Positions 1 to 8,587 of a stretch of 33,591 nt of DNA are shown here, one piece after another. The notes under the pieces are model-generated. The model ran no database searches. It had not been told where the DNA came from and saw only the letters and a program-made list of their open reading frames with translations. Position 1 is the first letter of the stretch, and every line of letters starts with the position of its first letter. Source of the stretch: Burkholderiales bacterium (GTDB lineage: Bacteria > Pseudomonadota > Gammaproteobacteria > Burkholderiales > SG8-39); contig CAKKSJ010000276.1 in NCBI GenBank assembly GCA_919902965.1, forward strand, positions 1 to 33,591, given 5' to 3'. A program made the position numbers and the translations under genes.

Positions 1-1154
1 CCCTTCGAGTTCGCCGTCGGTGCCTTGTTGGTGAGCTGCTTCACCGGCAGGTCGGCGCCCGGGTTCTGGTCGTAGTAGCCCGACTTGCGCGTCAGATCGA
101 AGGACGCCTGCGTGATCGGCACGTAGCCGGTCTTGGTGTGCCATTCCATCTGGATATCGGGCCGCGACAGGAAGGTGAGGAACTTCGCCACGCCCTTGTA
201 CTCCTCGGCCTTGCGGCCGGCCATCACCCACAGCGACGCGCCGCCGATGATCGAGTTTTGCGGCGCGCCCTTGACGTCGTCGTGGTAGGGCATGAAGGCC
301 ATCTGCCACTCGAACTTGGCCGCCTTCTTGATCCCCGCCTGCGCGCCCGCGCTCAGTGTGGCCATCGCGCACTCGCCGCTGGAGAACTTGGCATCGCCCT
401 GGTTGGTGCGCCCGGCATAGGTAAACAGCCCCTGCTTGGACATGTCGCCGAGCAGGCCTATGTGGCGTACGTGCAGCGGCGAGTTTATGGTGAACTCCGT
501 ATCGAAGCCGCCCATGCCGTTCTGCTTGGTGCCGATCGGTACGTTATGCCAGGCGCTGAAGTTCTCGATGTGCACCCAGGACGGCCAGCTGGTGGTGTAG
601 GCGCAGCCCTGGCCCGACGCCTTCAGCTTCTCGGCCGCGGCACGTAGCTCCTTCCAGGTCTTCGGCGGCACCGGCTCCAGGCCCGCCTTCTTGAACGCGT
701 CCTTGTTGATGTAGAACATGGACGTCGAGCTGTTGAAGGGGAACGACAGCATGTTGCCCTTCAGGTCGGAGTAATAGCCGGTCACCGTCGGCAGATAGGC
801 CTTGGGCTCGAACTTCTCCTTGGAGTTCTTCATTACCGTGGCGATGGGAACGATCGCGCCCTTGGCCGCCATCATGGTCGCGGTGCCGACCTCGAACACC
901 TGCACGATGTGCGGCGGGTTCTTGGCGCGGTAAGCCGCGATGGCCGCCGTCATCGACACAGGGTAGCCCCCCTTGAAGATGGCGTTGACCTTGTATTCCT
1001 TCTGCTCTTCATTGAACTTGTTGGCCAGGCCGTTAAGCGCCTCGCCCAGCGCGCCCCCCATCGAATGCCACCACTGGATTTCGGTCTGCGCCTGGGCACC
1101 GGTGCTGGTCAAGCCTAAGGTCAGCATTGCGGCGGCTAGTATCTTGATTTTCAT
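1..1154 (-). CDS. ugpB: sn-glycerol-3-phosphate ABC transporter substrate-binding protein (runs off the window start)
   Basis: Hand translation from the ATG at 1154 (RBS GGGGAG): MKIKILAAAMLTLGLTSTGAQAQTEIQWWHSMGGALGE...QVFEVGTATMM...PFNSST...GAPQNSIIGGASLW...WHTKTGYVP. These are UgpB motifs with a signal peptide. The ORF is absent from the ORF track because no stop codon falls inside the window. Confidence 0.93.
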   Translation of the reverse strand, partial: MKIKILAAAMLTLGLTSTGAQAQTEIQWWHSMGGALGEALNGLANKFNEEQKEYKVNAIFKGGYPVSMTAAIAAYRAKNPPHIVQVFEVGTATMMAAKGAIVPIATVMKNSKEKFEPKAYLPTVTGYYSDLKGNMLSFPFNSSTSMFYINKDAFKKAGLEPVPPKTWKELRAAAEKLKASGQGCAYTTSWPSWVHIENFSAWHNVPIGTKQNGMGGFDTEFTINSPLHVRHIGLLGDMSKQGLFTYAGRTNQGDAKFSSGECAMATLSAGAQAGIKKAAKFEWQMAFMPYHDDVKGAPQNSIIGGASLWVMAGRKAEEYKGVAKFLTFLSRPDIQMEWHTKTGYVPITQASFDLTRKSGYYDQNPGADLPVKQLTNKAPTANSK

Positions 1155-1191
1155 TGAATTCTCCCCTAGTGAGTTTTCATCGGATCGTGCG

Positions 1192-1225
1192 AGTATAGCA
1201 GAACCGGATTACCGGCTCGTGACTA
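1192..1225 (-). promoter_or_regulatory. PHO-box-like site plus extended -10 promoter of ugpB
   Basis: The minus strand reads TAGTCAC-gagc-CGGTAAT (7-4-7, resembling CTGTCAT-n4-CTGTCAT), then exactly 10 nt, then TATACT preceded by TG-n. ugp operons are classic PhoB targets. Confidence 0.55.
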
Positions 1226-1404
1226 ATCCAAGGTGAGACAAATCGACCCGCCGGGCAAGCTCAGACTGGCGGGCTTATGCATGCCCAATGAACCGGTTTT
1301 GACTTTCAAGGCGCGCATATCGCAACTATGGCAATGTAGACTTCAGACCCGATCTTAGCGGATGGACCAATCGAGAATCTACGACAAACCCAGAAGCGGC
1401 GCAA

Positions 1405-1437
1405 TGGCCTTGACTTCGCCTTGGCCTTGACTTCGCC
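1405..1437. repeat. 16-bp direct repeat TGGCCTTGACTTCGCC, two copies
   Basis: Identical copies at 1405-1420 and 1422-1437. Confidence 0.85.
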
Positions 1438-1524
1438 CGCGCGGTCATGGCGACGACGAATTCGCGCAGGCGGGGAAGGTTCTTCAAGGACTTTGCGCGC
1501 GCCTCGGCCGGACCAGGGCAAGAC

Positions 1525-1866
1525 TCATTTTGCCACGGGTTCCTTGACCATCGCCTTGCGCATGCTGCGCTTGAGGTGGTGGATCTGGTCAAGTGCGACC
1601 TTCAGCGCCTTGCGGTCGCGCCCGGCGAGCGCCTGGTCCCGCTTGGCCTTCCATTCCGTGATCCGGGCCTTGACCGCGGCCTTGTCTATGCCCTTGACTT
1701 CCTTGTGGGCTTTCATGTCGATGGCCAGAGCCTTGCACAGTGCGACCAGCAGGTGATCCTTGTTCAGTTGCGTGTAACCCTGCACGGCTTCGTGTTCGAT
1801 GCCGGCGGCGATTTCGCGCAGCTCGGTCAGGGGCTTGTGCTTCAGTTCCTCGTAGGTATGGGTCAT
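1525..1866 (-). CDS. Small basic hypothetical protein with a Rho-N-like helix-extension-helix N-terminus and a coiled-coil C-terminus
   Basis: ATG at 1866 with RBS GGAG. EELKHKPLTELREIA...GYTQLNKDHLLVAL resembles the Rho_N pattern. Host-like codon usage. Confidence 0.7.
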   Translation of the reverse strand: MTHTYEELKHKPLTELREIAAGIEHEAVQGYTQLNKDHLLVALCKALAIDMKAHKEVKGIDKAAVKARITEWKAKRDQALAGRDRKALKVALDQIHHLKRSMRKAMVKEPVAK

Positions 1867-1951
1867 AGCGTCTCCGGTTGGGTGTTCGAATCGAGCCGGG
1901 GTCAATTATATAGTCTCGGCTACCTACGCATGCCGTGAGCGGCTTTGCGCG

Positions 1952-2551
1952 CTAGCCCGGATCCGCGGACCGGTCCCAAAGATTGGGAATCGTGCTGTTG
2001 GAATATCCGGAAACGAAGGGTTTGATCACGCCGGTTTCGCGCGCATAGACATGGCGCTTTACCGCACCGATGTTGGCGCCGTAGACGTGGATGCTGACCG
2101 CCGGCCGGTCGCTGAGCGCGTTGGATACCGTGTGGATGTCGCCCACAGTGGGGGAGACCGCATCGATGCCGCCGGGCCCGACGATATGCTCGCCGGTCTT
2201 GCGCATAGCCCGGGCGTCGCCCGCGCGCTCGTATTCCTCGCATTTTTCGGATCCGCGCAGCACGCCGATCAGTCCCCAGACCGTATGGTCGTGCACCGGC
2301 GTGCAATGCCCGGGACCCCATACGAAACTCACCACTGAAAATCGCTCCAGCGGGTCGCAGTAGAGCAGGTATTGGCGATAGGTATCGGCATGCACCTGCG
2401 CGAACTCCGGCGGCAGCCAGTCGTCGCGCGCGATCAGGCGCGCGAGCAGTTTCTTTCCCGCGCGCAGCATGGCGGGTTCATCCTGGCCGAATTTTTCCAC
2501 CGCGTGCGTCAGCTCCAGGACGAAGTCGCGCAGCGGTTTGATGCTGTCCAT
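1952..2551 (-). CDS. Cysteine dioxygenase family thiol dioxygenase, Gln-type (3-mercaptopropionate dioxygenase-like)
   Basis: YRQYLL...RFSVVSFVWGPG.TPVHDHTVWG...GDIH...SIHVYG motifs. ATG at 2551 with RBS AAGGA. Confidence 0.9.
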   Translation of the reverse strand: MDSIKPLRDFVLELTHAVEKFGQDEPAMLRAGKKLLARLIARDDWLPPEFAQVHADTYRQYLLYCDPLERFSVVSFVWGPGHCTPVHDHTVWGLIGVLRGSEKCEEYERAGDARAMRKTGEHIVGPGGIDAVSPTVGDIHTVSNALSDRPAVSIHVYGANIGAVKRHVYARETGVIKPFVSGYSNSTIPNLWDRSADPG

Positions 2552-2667
2552 AGTCGGTCCTTTGTGTTCGATGCTCGTTGCCGCCATGATTCAAATTCCC
2601 GCCGCGCGCGATGCTAGAATGCGTCTGCGGCCCGGCAGGCGCGCAGCACCCAAGAACAGGCCCCGGC

Positions 2668-2770
2668 AGGAGTAAATCATTACCGATCCCTTGAAGCGTG
2701 TCCAGCAGTTGTGCTAGACCGCGTGTACCAGCGGGATGGCCTTCGCGCAGGTGTTATCTTATCGACTAAG
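2668..2770 (+). pseudogene. Decayed copy of the RBS and first ~30 codons of the MFS gene at 6920
   Basis: AGGAGtaaATCATtACCGATCCCTTGAAGCGtGTCCAGC... matches 6909-6960. It translates as ITDPLKRVQQLC*TA versus ITDPLKRVQRLRWTA, with TGG changed to a TAG stop. Confidence 0.8.
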
Positions 2771-2922
2771 CCTTACTGGTACGGCCTGCGCATAGCGCGT
2801 CGACCCGTCCATGGGACCGAGGATCCGGTGGACCGCCTGACAAAACGAAGCGGGCCCTGGTGAAACGGCCCGCTTCGGTTGTTTGCCACGCGTTGCCCGG
2901 CCAACCGGGCGAGTGGCGCAGG

Positions 2923-4359
2923 TCAGCTGTGGTCCGCGCGCTTGTCTTTTCCCGCGCGTCCGAGTTCGCTCCAAAGGCCCACGGTTGCGACCACGAAGGG
3001 AAGAATCAGGAAGAACAGGAAGGTGCGGTCAAGAGACTGGAACCATTGAAGCCAGATGTGATAGTCGAGCATTTCCAGTGCCGCTTGCGGTACCGAGCGG
3101 AAGCAGAATACCGCCACCAGCGTGGGGGGTAGCGCCGCAAGAAACAGCCCCAGCGGGTTGATCGAATGCTCATCGAATGAATTTTTCAGGATGGCAAAGC
3201 CCGCTGGATTGGGGGCGTTGGCGATGACGGTGAGCCCGCCTCCGCTAACGGCGCCTGCGACCAGGGCGTATTTGAATTCGTCGGAGACACCGCTGACCAT
3301 GGATCCCAGATAGGTAAGCGCGGCATTGTCGGTGATCGCCGTGAGGGCAGTCGCGCCGTAGTACAAGGTCGTTTCGCTGAGGCTAGCCAAGACTGCCTGC
3401 AGCCACCACTGCTGTTGCCCGCCAAGAACGACCAGACCGGCCAGAAAGAACGCCACCATCAGGCCTTCCCTCAGCATCAGGCGATTGTGATGCATCTTGT
3501 ACGCCTCTGCCAATCCTAGAAAGAACAGAAACAGGCCGATGAATATCTCCGGATGGTGATTGGTCGCCACGACTCCGGCCAGAAGCACGAGATTGACCAG
3601 GACGAAGGCAACCGGTGCCCGCGTGCCGGTTCCCTGTACGTAGGCTTTGGCCTTCCACGTCAGCTCCTTCCTGAAAAGTAGGGTCAGGATCAAAGCGTTG
3701 GTGAAAACGGCGACTAGCGCCTTCCAACCGAACATGGAAAACACCATGCCGCTATCCCACCCCCATTTGGCAGCAACCATGAGTATCGGCGGCGCAGCGA
3801 AATTGGTGAGCGTACCGCCTATGGAAACGTTTACAAAGAGCACGCCCAGGGTCAGGTATTTCAGCCGGTTCGAGGCCTGCCGGGAAAATATCACGTCGCG
3901 CAGCATCATTGCCGCCAAGGTCATCGCGGCGGGTTCGGTGACTATGGATCCGAACAGCGGCACCACGGACAAGGCGAGAAAATAGTAGGCCACGGCGGCC
4001 GGAAGAGGCACGACAACGGCCAGCTTTCTTACCGTGTCGGACACCAACTGCAGGATCGGCTTGCTCGCCGAGATCACCATGATCACGAAGACAAACATGG
4101 GTTCGACGAAGCGGGTATTGTCGAGATAGTCCGACGTGGCACCCCAGCCCAGGGTCGCGGCCATGAATACAAGGAGCACGAACGCCCAGAATCCGAATAC
4201 GGTCTCCACTTCGCCGAGCAAATGCCACAAGCCCGCGTGGCCGGGCCGCGTATGTGCGAGGTGATAGAAGTACTTGGTTGAAAAGGTATGCACAACGGCC
4301 AGACCGAACAGGGTTGCGCCGGTCAGGTGTATCCAGGTGACAGCAGTCAGTGTTTGCAT
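2923..4359 (-). CDS. Putative Na+/H+ antiporter (DUF1504 / ion-transporter superfamily)
   Basis: Multi-TM protein with LLGEVETVFGFW, TEPAAMT, NVSIGGTLT.FAAPP, TDNAALTYL and GGGLTVIANAPNPAG motifs. Confidence 0.88.
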   Translation of the reverse strand: MQTLTAVTWIHLTGATLFGLAVVHTFSTKYFYHLAHTRPGHAGLWHLLGEVETVFGFWAFVLLVFMAATLGWGATSDYLDNTRFVEPMFVFVIMVISASKPILQLVSDTVRKLAVVVPLPAAVAYYFLALSVVPLFGSIVTEPAAMTLAAMMLRDVIFSRQASNRLKYLTLGVLFVNVSIGGTLTNFAAPPILMVAAKWGWDSGMVFSMFGWKALVAVFTNALILTLLFRKELTWKAKAYVQGTGTRAPVAFVLVNLVLLAGVVATNHHPEIFIGLFLFFLGLAEAYKMHHNRLMLREGLMVAFFLAGLVVLGGQQQWWLQAVLASLSETTLYYGATALTAITDNAALTYLGSMVSGVSDEFKYALVAGAVSGGGLTVIANAPNPAGFAILKNSFDEHSINPLGLFLAALPPTLVAVFCFRSVPQAALEMLDYHIWLQWFQSLDRTFLFFLILPFVVATVGLWSELGRAGKDKRADHS

Positions 4360-4437
4360 GGCGATGCCTCGTCAGCAGTGAACTAGGTGTGGCAATGCTA
4401 GGATCCCCTCGAGGCCTTGAAAATTCGCATCTTGACG

Positions 4438-4453
4438 TACGGAAATCTACTTA
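4438..4453. promoter_or_regulatory. Candidate response-regulator binding site TACGGA-n4-TACTTA
   Basis: Imperfect 10-bp-period direct repeat in the divergent intergenic region between the antiporter and the kinase. The function is inferred only. Confidence 0.3.
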
Positions 4454-4518
4454 CTTGCCATCCCGCCCCCTTGGTCCCATCATTGGGAATCCTCGATCAA
4501 ACGATACCGGTTGCATTC

Positions 4519-6129
4519 ATGCTGGCTGATTCCCCGCAGATCGGAGCGCGCCGTTCGCTCGCCGTGCATCTCAGGGACGCGGCGATGTTCGCCGCGTGCT
4601 ATGTCGCGCTCGACTGGGCCAGCTACATCTATCCACTGGGCCCGTTCAACATCACGCCCTGGAATCCCCCGCCGGCGCTGAGCATCGTCTGGATGATGCT
4701 CGGCGGATTGGCTTACGCCCCTGTCATCTTTAGCACCATTTTCATTGCCGACATCATTATTCGCCAGGCGCCGGGTGGACTCATTTTCACCGCGCTGACC
4801 TCGCTGGTGCTGGCGGGTGGTTACACAGCGATCGCCGGAACGCTGCGCTATTTCCTCAAATCCGACGCCCGGCTGAGCGATACGCGCCATTTATGGATGT
4901 TCGTCGCCGTCACCACGGCCGGAACCGCGATCGTCGGGACGTTCTACGTGGGGGCCTTGTGGGCGAACGGCTTTCTCCTCGGCGAACTGTTTAGCGCCGC
5001 GGTGTTCCGCTTCTGGCTGGGCGACGCGGTTGGCGTGCTGATTACCGCGCCTCTGCTGCTGCTCGTGGCGGACGAGGTCGCGCGCAAATGCCTGCTCAAC
5101 TCCTGGCGCAGACCGGAAACCGCCTTGCAGTTCGCGGTCATGGTTGCAACGGTTTACTTTGTGTTCGAAGGCGCAGGCGGCGAACCGTCGAAATATTTCT
5201 ATCTCCTGTTCCTGCCGTTGATCTGGATCGCTCTGCGCGGCGGATTCGTCGGCGCCGCAGTCGCTTCAGGCGTCGTTCAGGTTGGCGTGGTGCTTGGTGT
5301 CCATGGTGGGCCCATGCATTCGCTGGCGCTGGTGGAATTGCAGGCGCTGGTGGCCGCGTTGTCGCTCACTGGCTTGTTTCTCGGCGTCATGGTCGACGAG
5401 CGCGAACGGGCCACCGAAAGCCTTAAGGCGTCGCTGCGGCTCGCCGCTGCGGGCGAGATGGCGGGCGCCATCGCCCACGAAATCAACCAGCCGCTTGCCG
5501 CATTGAGCAACTATGGCAGGGCCTGCCAGCTTTTTCTTGAGCGAGGCGAGGGTGCGGTTCCCTATGCCGAGCTCGACGCGACCATTGGAAAAATGCTTGG
5601 AGAGTCGAAGCGCGCGGCGGAGGTGGTCGGGCGCCTGCGGGACTTCTTTCGCAGCGGGACCACGCAGTTGGAGGAGGTGACAGTGGAAAGCCTGCTGGAA
5701 AGCGCGCGACGCATCGGTAGCAAGCTCGACGCATCCGGCGAAGTGGATTTCCGTGTCGAGACGGATACAAGCGCGTCGGTACTGCTGGCAGATCGACTGC
5801 AAATAGAATTGGTCCTGCGCAATCTGCTCGCAAATGCGTTTGAGGCCGTTGCGAATCAGCCGGCGGGAAAGAAAAGGGTCACAGTCTCGGCGCATGCGAT
5901 AGACGGCGGTCGGATTTCGTTCCGGACTACCGATACCGGACCGGGGCTTTCCCCGTCCGCGCGCGAGCTCTTGTTCGAACCTTATTCAAGCACCAAACCC
6001 ACGGGAATGGGATTGGGCCTGGTGATCAGCCAGGCGATCGCCGAAGCACACGGCGGATCGCTCAGTGCCGCGCACACCAAACATGGCGAGTTTCACCTGA
6101 TACTGCCAGGGTTGGCGGCCGATGAATAG
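4519..6129 (+). CDS. MASE1-domain membrane sensor histidine kinase
   Basis: N-terminal multi-TM region (PWNPPPAL, FWLGDAVG). H-box AHEINQPL, N-box LRNLLANA, G boxes DTGPG and GMGLGL. The start codon is uncertain. Confidence 0.92.
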   Translation: MLADSPQIGARRSLAVHLRDAAMFAACYVALDWASYIYPLGPFNITPWNPPPALSIVWMMLGGLAYAPVIFSTIFIADIIIRQAPGGLIFTALTSLVLAGGYTAIAGTLRYFLKSDARLSDTRHLWMFVAVTTAGTAIVGTFYVGALWANGFLLGELFSAAVFRFWLGDAVGVLITAPLLLLVADEVARKCLLNSWRRPETALQFAVMVATVYFVFEGAGGEPSKYFYLLFLPLIWIALRGGFVGAAVASGVVQVGVVLGVHGGPMHSLALVELQALVAALSLTGLFLGVMVDERERATESLKASLRLAAAGEMAGAIAHEINQPLAALSNYGRACQLFLERGEGAVPYAELDATIGKMLGESKRAAEVVGRLRDFFRSGTTQLEEVTVESLLESARRIGSKLDASGEVDFRVETDTSASVLLADRLQIELVLRNLLANAFEAVANQPAGKKRVTVSAHAIDGGRISFRTTDTGPGLSPSARELLFEPYSSTKPTGMGLGLVISQAIAEAHGGSLSAAHTKHGEFHLILPGLAADE

Positions 6130-6745
6130 CCCGGCTCATGAGGATCTCACCGTCTACATCGTCGAAGACGACGCCGGTATGCGCGACTCGCTGTCTCTGA
6201 TGCTGGGGCTTCTCGGCTTTCGTGCGGTGACGTTCGAAAGCGCCGAAGCGTTCCTCGAAACGTATCGGGACAATTGGTCCGGCTGTGTCGTGGCCGACCT
6301 CAGGCTTCCCGGAATGAGCGGCCTTGAACTGCAGGCGGATATTCGTGCTCGGGGAAAGAAATTGCCGTTTGTGATCATTACCGGACACGGTGACGTGAAA
6401 TCGGCCCGCGCCGCGTTCCAGTCGGAAGCCGTGGATTTCATCGAAAAGCCCTTCGACGAAGCGGAATTGCGGGTGGCGATCGAAAAGGGATTTGACCGGG
6501 AATCCCGGCGCATCCGACGTACGGAAGCAGTCAGCGATCAGATCTCGAAATTGACCAAGTTGACCAATCGCGAGCGTGAAGTCCTGGAACTGGTCGGGAA
6601 AGGGCTGCACGCGAAGGAAATCGCAGCGTCTCTGGATATCAGCGCGCGCACGGTCGAGGTACACAAGGCGCGCCTGATGGCGAAGCTCGAAGCGCGCAAT
6701 GTTTCCGAGCTGGTCCGGTTTGCGCTCGCCGCGGAAAAGCAGTAG
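6122..6745 (+). CDS. FixJ/TtrR-type response regulator (REC plus LuxR HTH)
   Basis: IVEDD, DLRLPGMSG, ITGHGD, FIEKPF, LTNREREVL...TVEVHKARLMAKL. It overlaps the kinase stop codon. Confidence 0.95.
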   Translation: MNSPAHEDLTVYIVEDDAGMRDSLSLMLGLLGFRAVTFESAEAFLETYRDNWSGCVVADLRLPGMSGLELQADIRARGKKLPFVIITGHGDVKSARAAFQSEAVDFIEKPFDEAELRVAIEKGFDRESRRIRRTEAVSDQISKLTKLTNREREVLELVGKGLHAKEIAASLDISARTVEVHKARLMAKLEARNVSELVRFALAAEKQ

Positions 6746-6919
6746 GGCGCCCCGTGCTATTCGGAACGGAACTCTGTGCTCAAGGCATCGAAGGTGGTTT
6801 TCCAAGATGCATTCGAATCCGCGTTTGCGGAACCGCACATGCGTAGCTTTGCCGAGCGTCGTCATGCTCGGACGTCCCTGCGGTGCCGCCGCCGCGCCCG
6901 GCACGAATAGGAGCAGATC

Positions 6920-8206
6920 ATCACCGATCCCTTGAAGCGCGTCCAGCGCCTGCGCTGGACCGCCTTTGCGCTGGGCGCCACGGCATTCGTGCTGGCGTTC
7001 TTTCACCGGCTCGCCCCGGGCGCGATCGCGGGCGAGCTGCAGCACGCATTCGCGACCTCCAGCGCCTCCCTGGGTCTGCTCGCGGCGACCTACTTCTACA
7101 TCTACTTCGCCATGCAGGTGCCCTCCGGCATTCTCGCCGACACGCTCGGGCCGCGCAAGCTGTTCACGGCGGGGGCGTTGGTGGCGGGCGCCGGGTCCGT
7201 GCTGTTCGGATTGGCGTCGGATTTCGGCCTCGCGCTGTTCGGGCGTTTTCTGGTCGGGCTGGGCGTGTCTGTGGCCTTCATTTCTGTGCTCAAGCTCAAC
7301 GCCGCCTGGTTTTCCGAGCGCCGCTTCGCGACCATGACCGGATTGCTGATGTTCATCTGCAACATGGGCGGATTGTTATCGGCGGTGCCGCTCGCCTGGG
7401 TAGCCGCGCACGGTGCCTGGCGCAGCGCTTTTGTCGGTGCCGGTGTCCTGTCGGTCCTGCTGGCGGTGTTGACCTGGCTGTTCCTGCGCGACAATCCGCG
7501 TCAGCTAGGACTGCCGTCGATGCAACAGCTGGAAGGCAAGCCCGAGTATCCGCCGGTACAGGAGAATTGGCGCGTGGCGCTCGCGACGGTGCTCGCGAAT
7601 CCGCGCACCTGGCCCGGCTTCGTCATGCAGCTCGGCATGGCCGGTTCATATCTTTGCTGGGGCGGACTGTGGGCGATTCCCTATCTGCAGGAAGTGCATG
7701 GCATGGAGCGGCAACTCGCCGCCTGGCATGTCAGTTTCATGATCCTGGGCCTTGCGACCTGCTCGCTCGCCGTGGGCGCGCTGTCTGATCGCGTCGGCCG
7801 GCGCACGCCGCTGATGCGCCAGCTCGGTTGCATCTATGTGCTGTGCTGGCTGCCCTGGCTCTGGGGCGGGCAATTGCCCGTGGCGGTTTCCCTGGGCTTG
7901 TTCGCGCTGACCGGGGCCTCGTTTTCGGCGATTACCCTGGTCTGGTCTTGCGCCAAGGAGGTGAATCCGCCCGCGTTCTCGGGCATGTCCACCAGCGTCG
8001 TCAACACCGGCGGATTTCTCGGTCCGGCCTTGCTGCAGCCGCTGGTCGGACTGGCGCTCGACCTTTCCAGCCTTGGCGCAAAGCACGACCTGGGTGACTG
8101 GCGCCTCGGCCTTGCGGTACTCTTCGCCTTTGCGCTGCTGGGCTGGCTGAGCACCTTCATGATCGCTGAAACGCATTGCCGCAATATTTATCAGGAACCA
8201 ATATGA
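6920..8206 (+). CDS. MFS transporter
   Basis: Multi-TM protein with motif A (GILADTLGPRK, GALSDRVGRR). The start is either TTG 6932 or a non-canonical ATC 6920, which lies 6 nt after AGGAG. Confidence 0.92.
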   Translation: MTDPLKRVQRLRWTAFALGATAFVLAFFHRLAPGAIAGELQHAFATSSASLGLLAATYFYIYFAMQVPSGILADTLGPRKLFTAGALVAGAGSVLFGLASDFGLALFGRFLVGLGVSVAFISVLKLNAAWFSERRFATMTGLLMFICNMGGLLSAVPLAWVAAHGAWRSAFVGAGVLSVLLAVLTWLFLRDNPRQLGLPSMQQLEGKPEYPPVQENWRVALATVLANPRTWPGFVMQLGMAGSYLCWGGLWAIPYLQEVHGMERQLAAWHVSFMILGLATCSLAVGALSDRVGRRTPLMRQLGCIYVLCWLPWLWGGQLPVAVSLGLFALTGASFSAITLVWSCAKEVNPPAFSGMSTSVVNTGGFLGPALLQPLVGLALDLSSLGAKHDLGDWRLGLAVLFAFALLGWLSTFMIAETHCRNIYQEPI

Positions 8207-8577
8207 GCACCCAGGCGATCATCCTGTTTGCGCACGGCGCACGCGATCCGGATTGGGCGCTGCCTTTCGTCCTCATCAGGAAGCAGGTGCAGGCGGCGCG
8301 TCCGAACGCGTATGTCGAACTTGCGTTTCAGGACTTCATGACCCCGGCACTTGAGGCGGCGGTGGGGCAAGCCGCGGCGCAGGGCGCAAAGCGCGCCGTC
8401 GTGGTGCCGCTGTTCATGGCGCAGGGCAGCCACATGAAACAGGACTTGCCGCGCATGGTCGGAAAACTGCGCGAGCAATATCCCGGGCTTGAAATCACGG
8501 CCCTGTCCGCCATAGGCGATGCGCCGGAGATACTGCAGGCGGTGACGAACTGGGTGCTGGGCGCGACGCCGGACTAG
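8203..8577 (+). CDS. cbiX: CbiX/SirB-family sirohydrochlorin chelatase (single domain)
   Basis: ILFAHGARDP.W, VVPLFMAQGSH..QDLP. ATGA overlap with the MFS stop. Confidence 0.85.
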   Translation: MSTQAIILFAHGARDPDWALPFVLIRKQVQAARPNAYVELAFQDFMTPALEAAVGQAAAQGAKRAVVVPLFMAQGSHMKQDLPRMVGKLREQYPGLEITALSAIGDAPEILQAVTNWVLGATPD

Positions 8578-8587
8578 TTGCGGCGCG

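Noticed and set aside
6746-6910. Cobalamin riboswitch upstream of MFS-cbiX
   Set aside because: No B12-box or other conserved riboswitch motif was recognised. An Rfam scan would be needed to exclude it formally.
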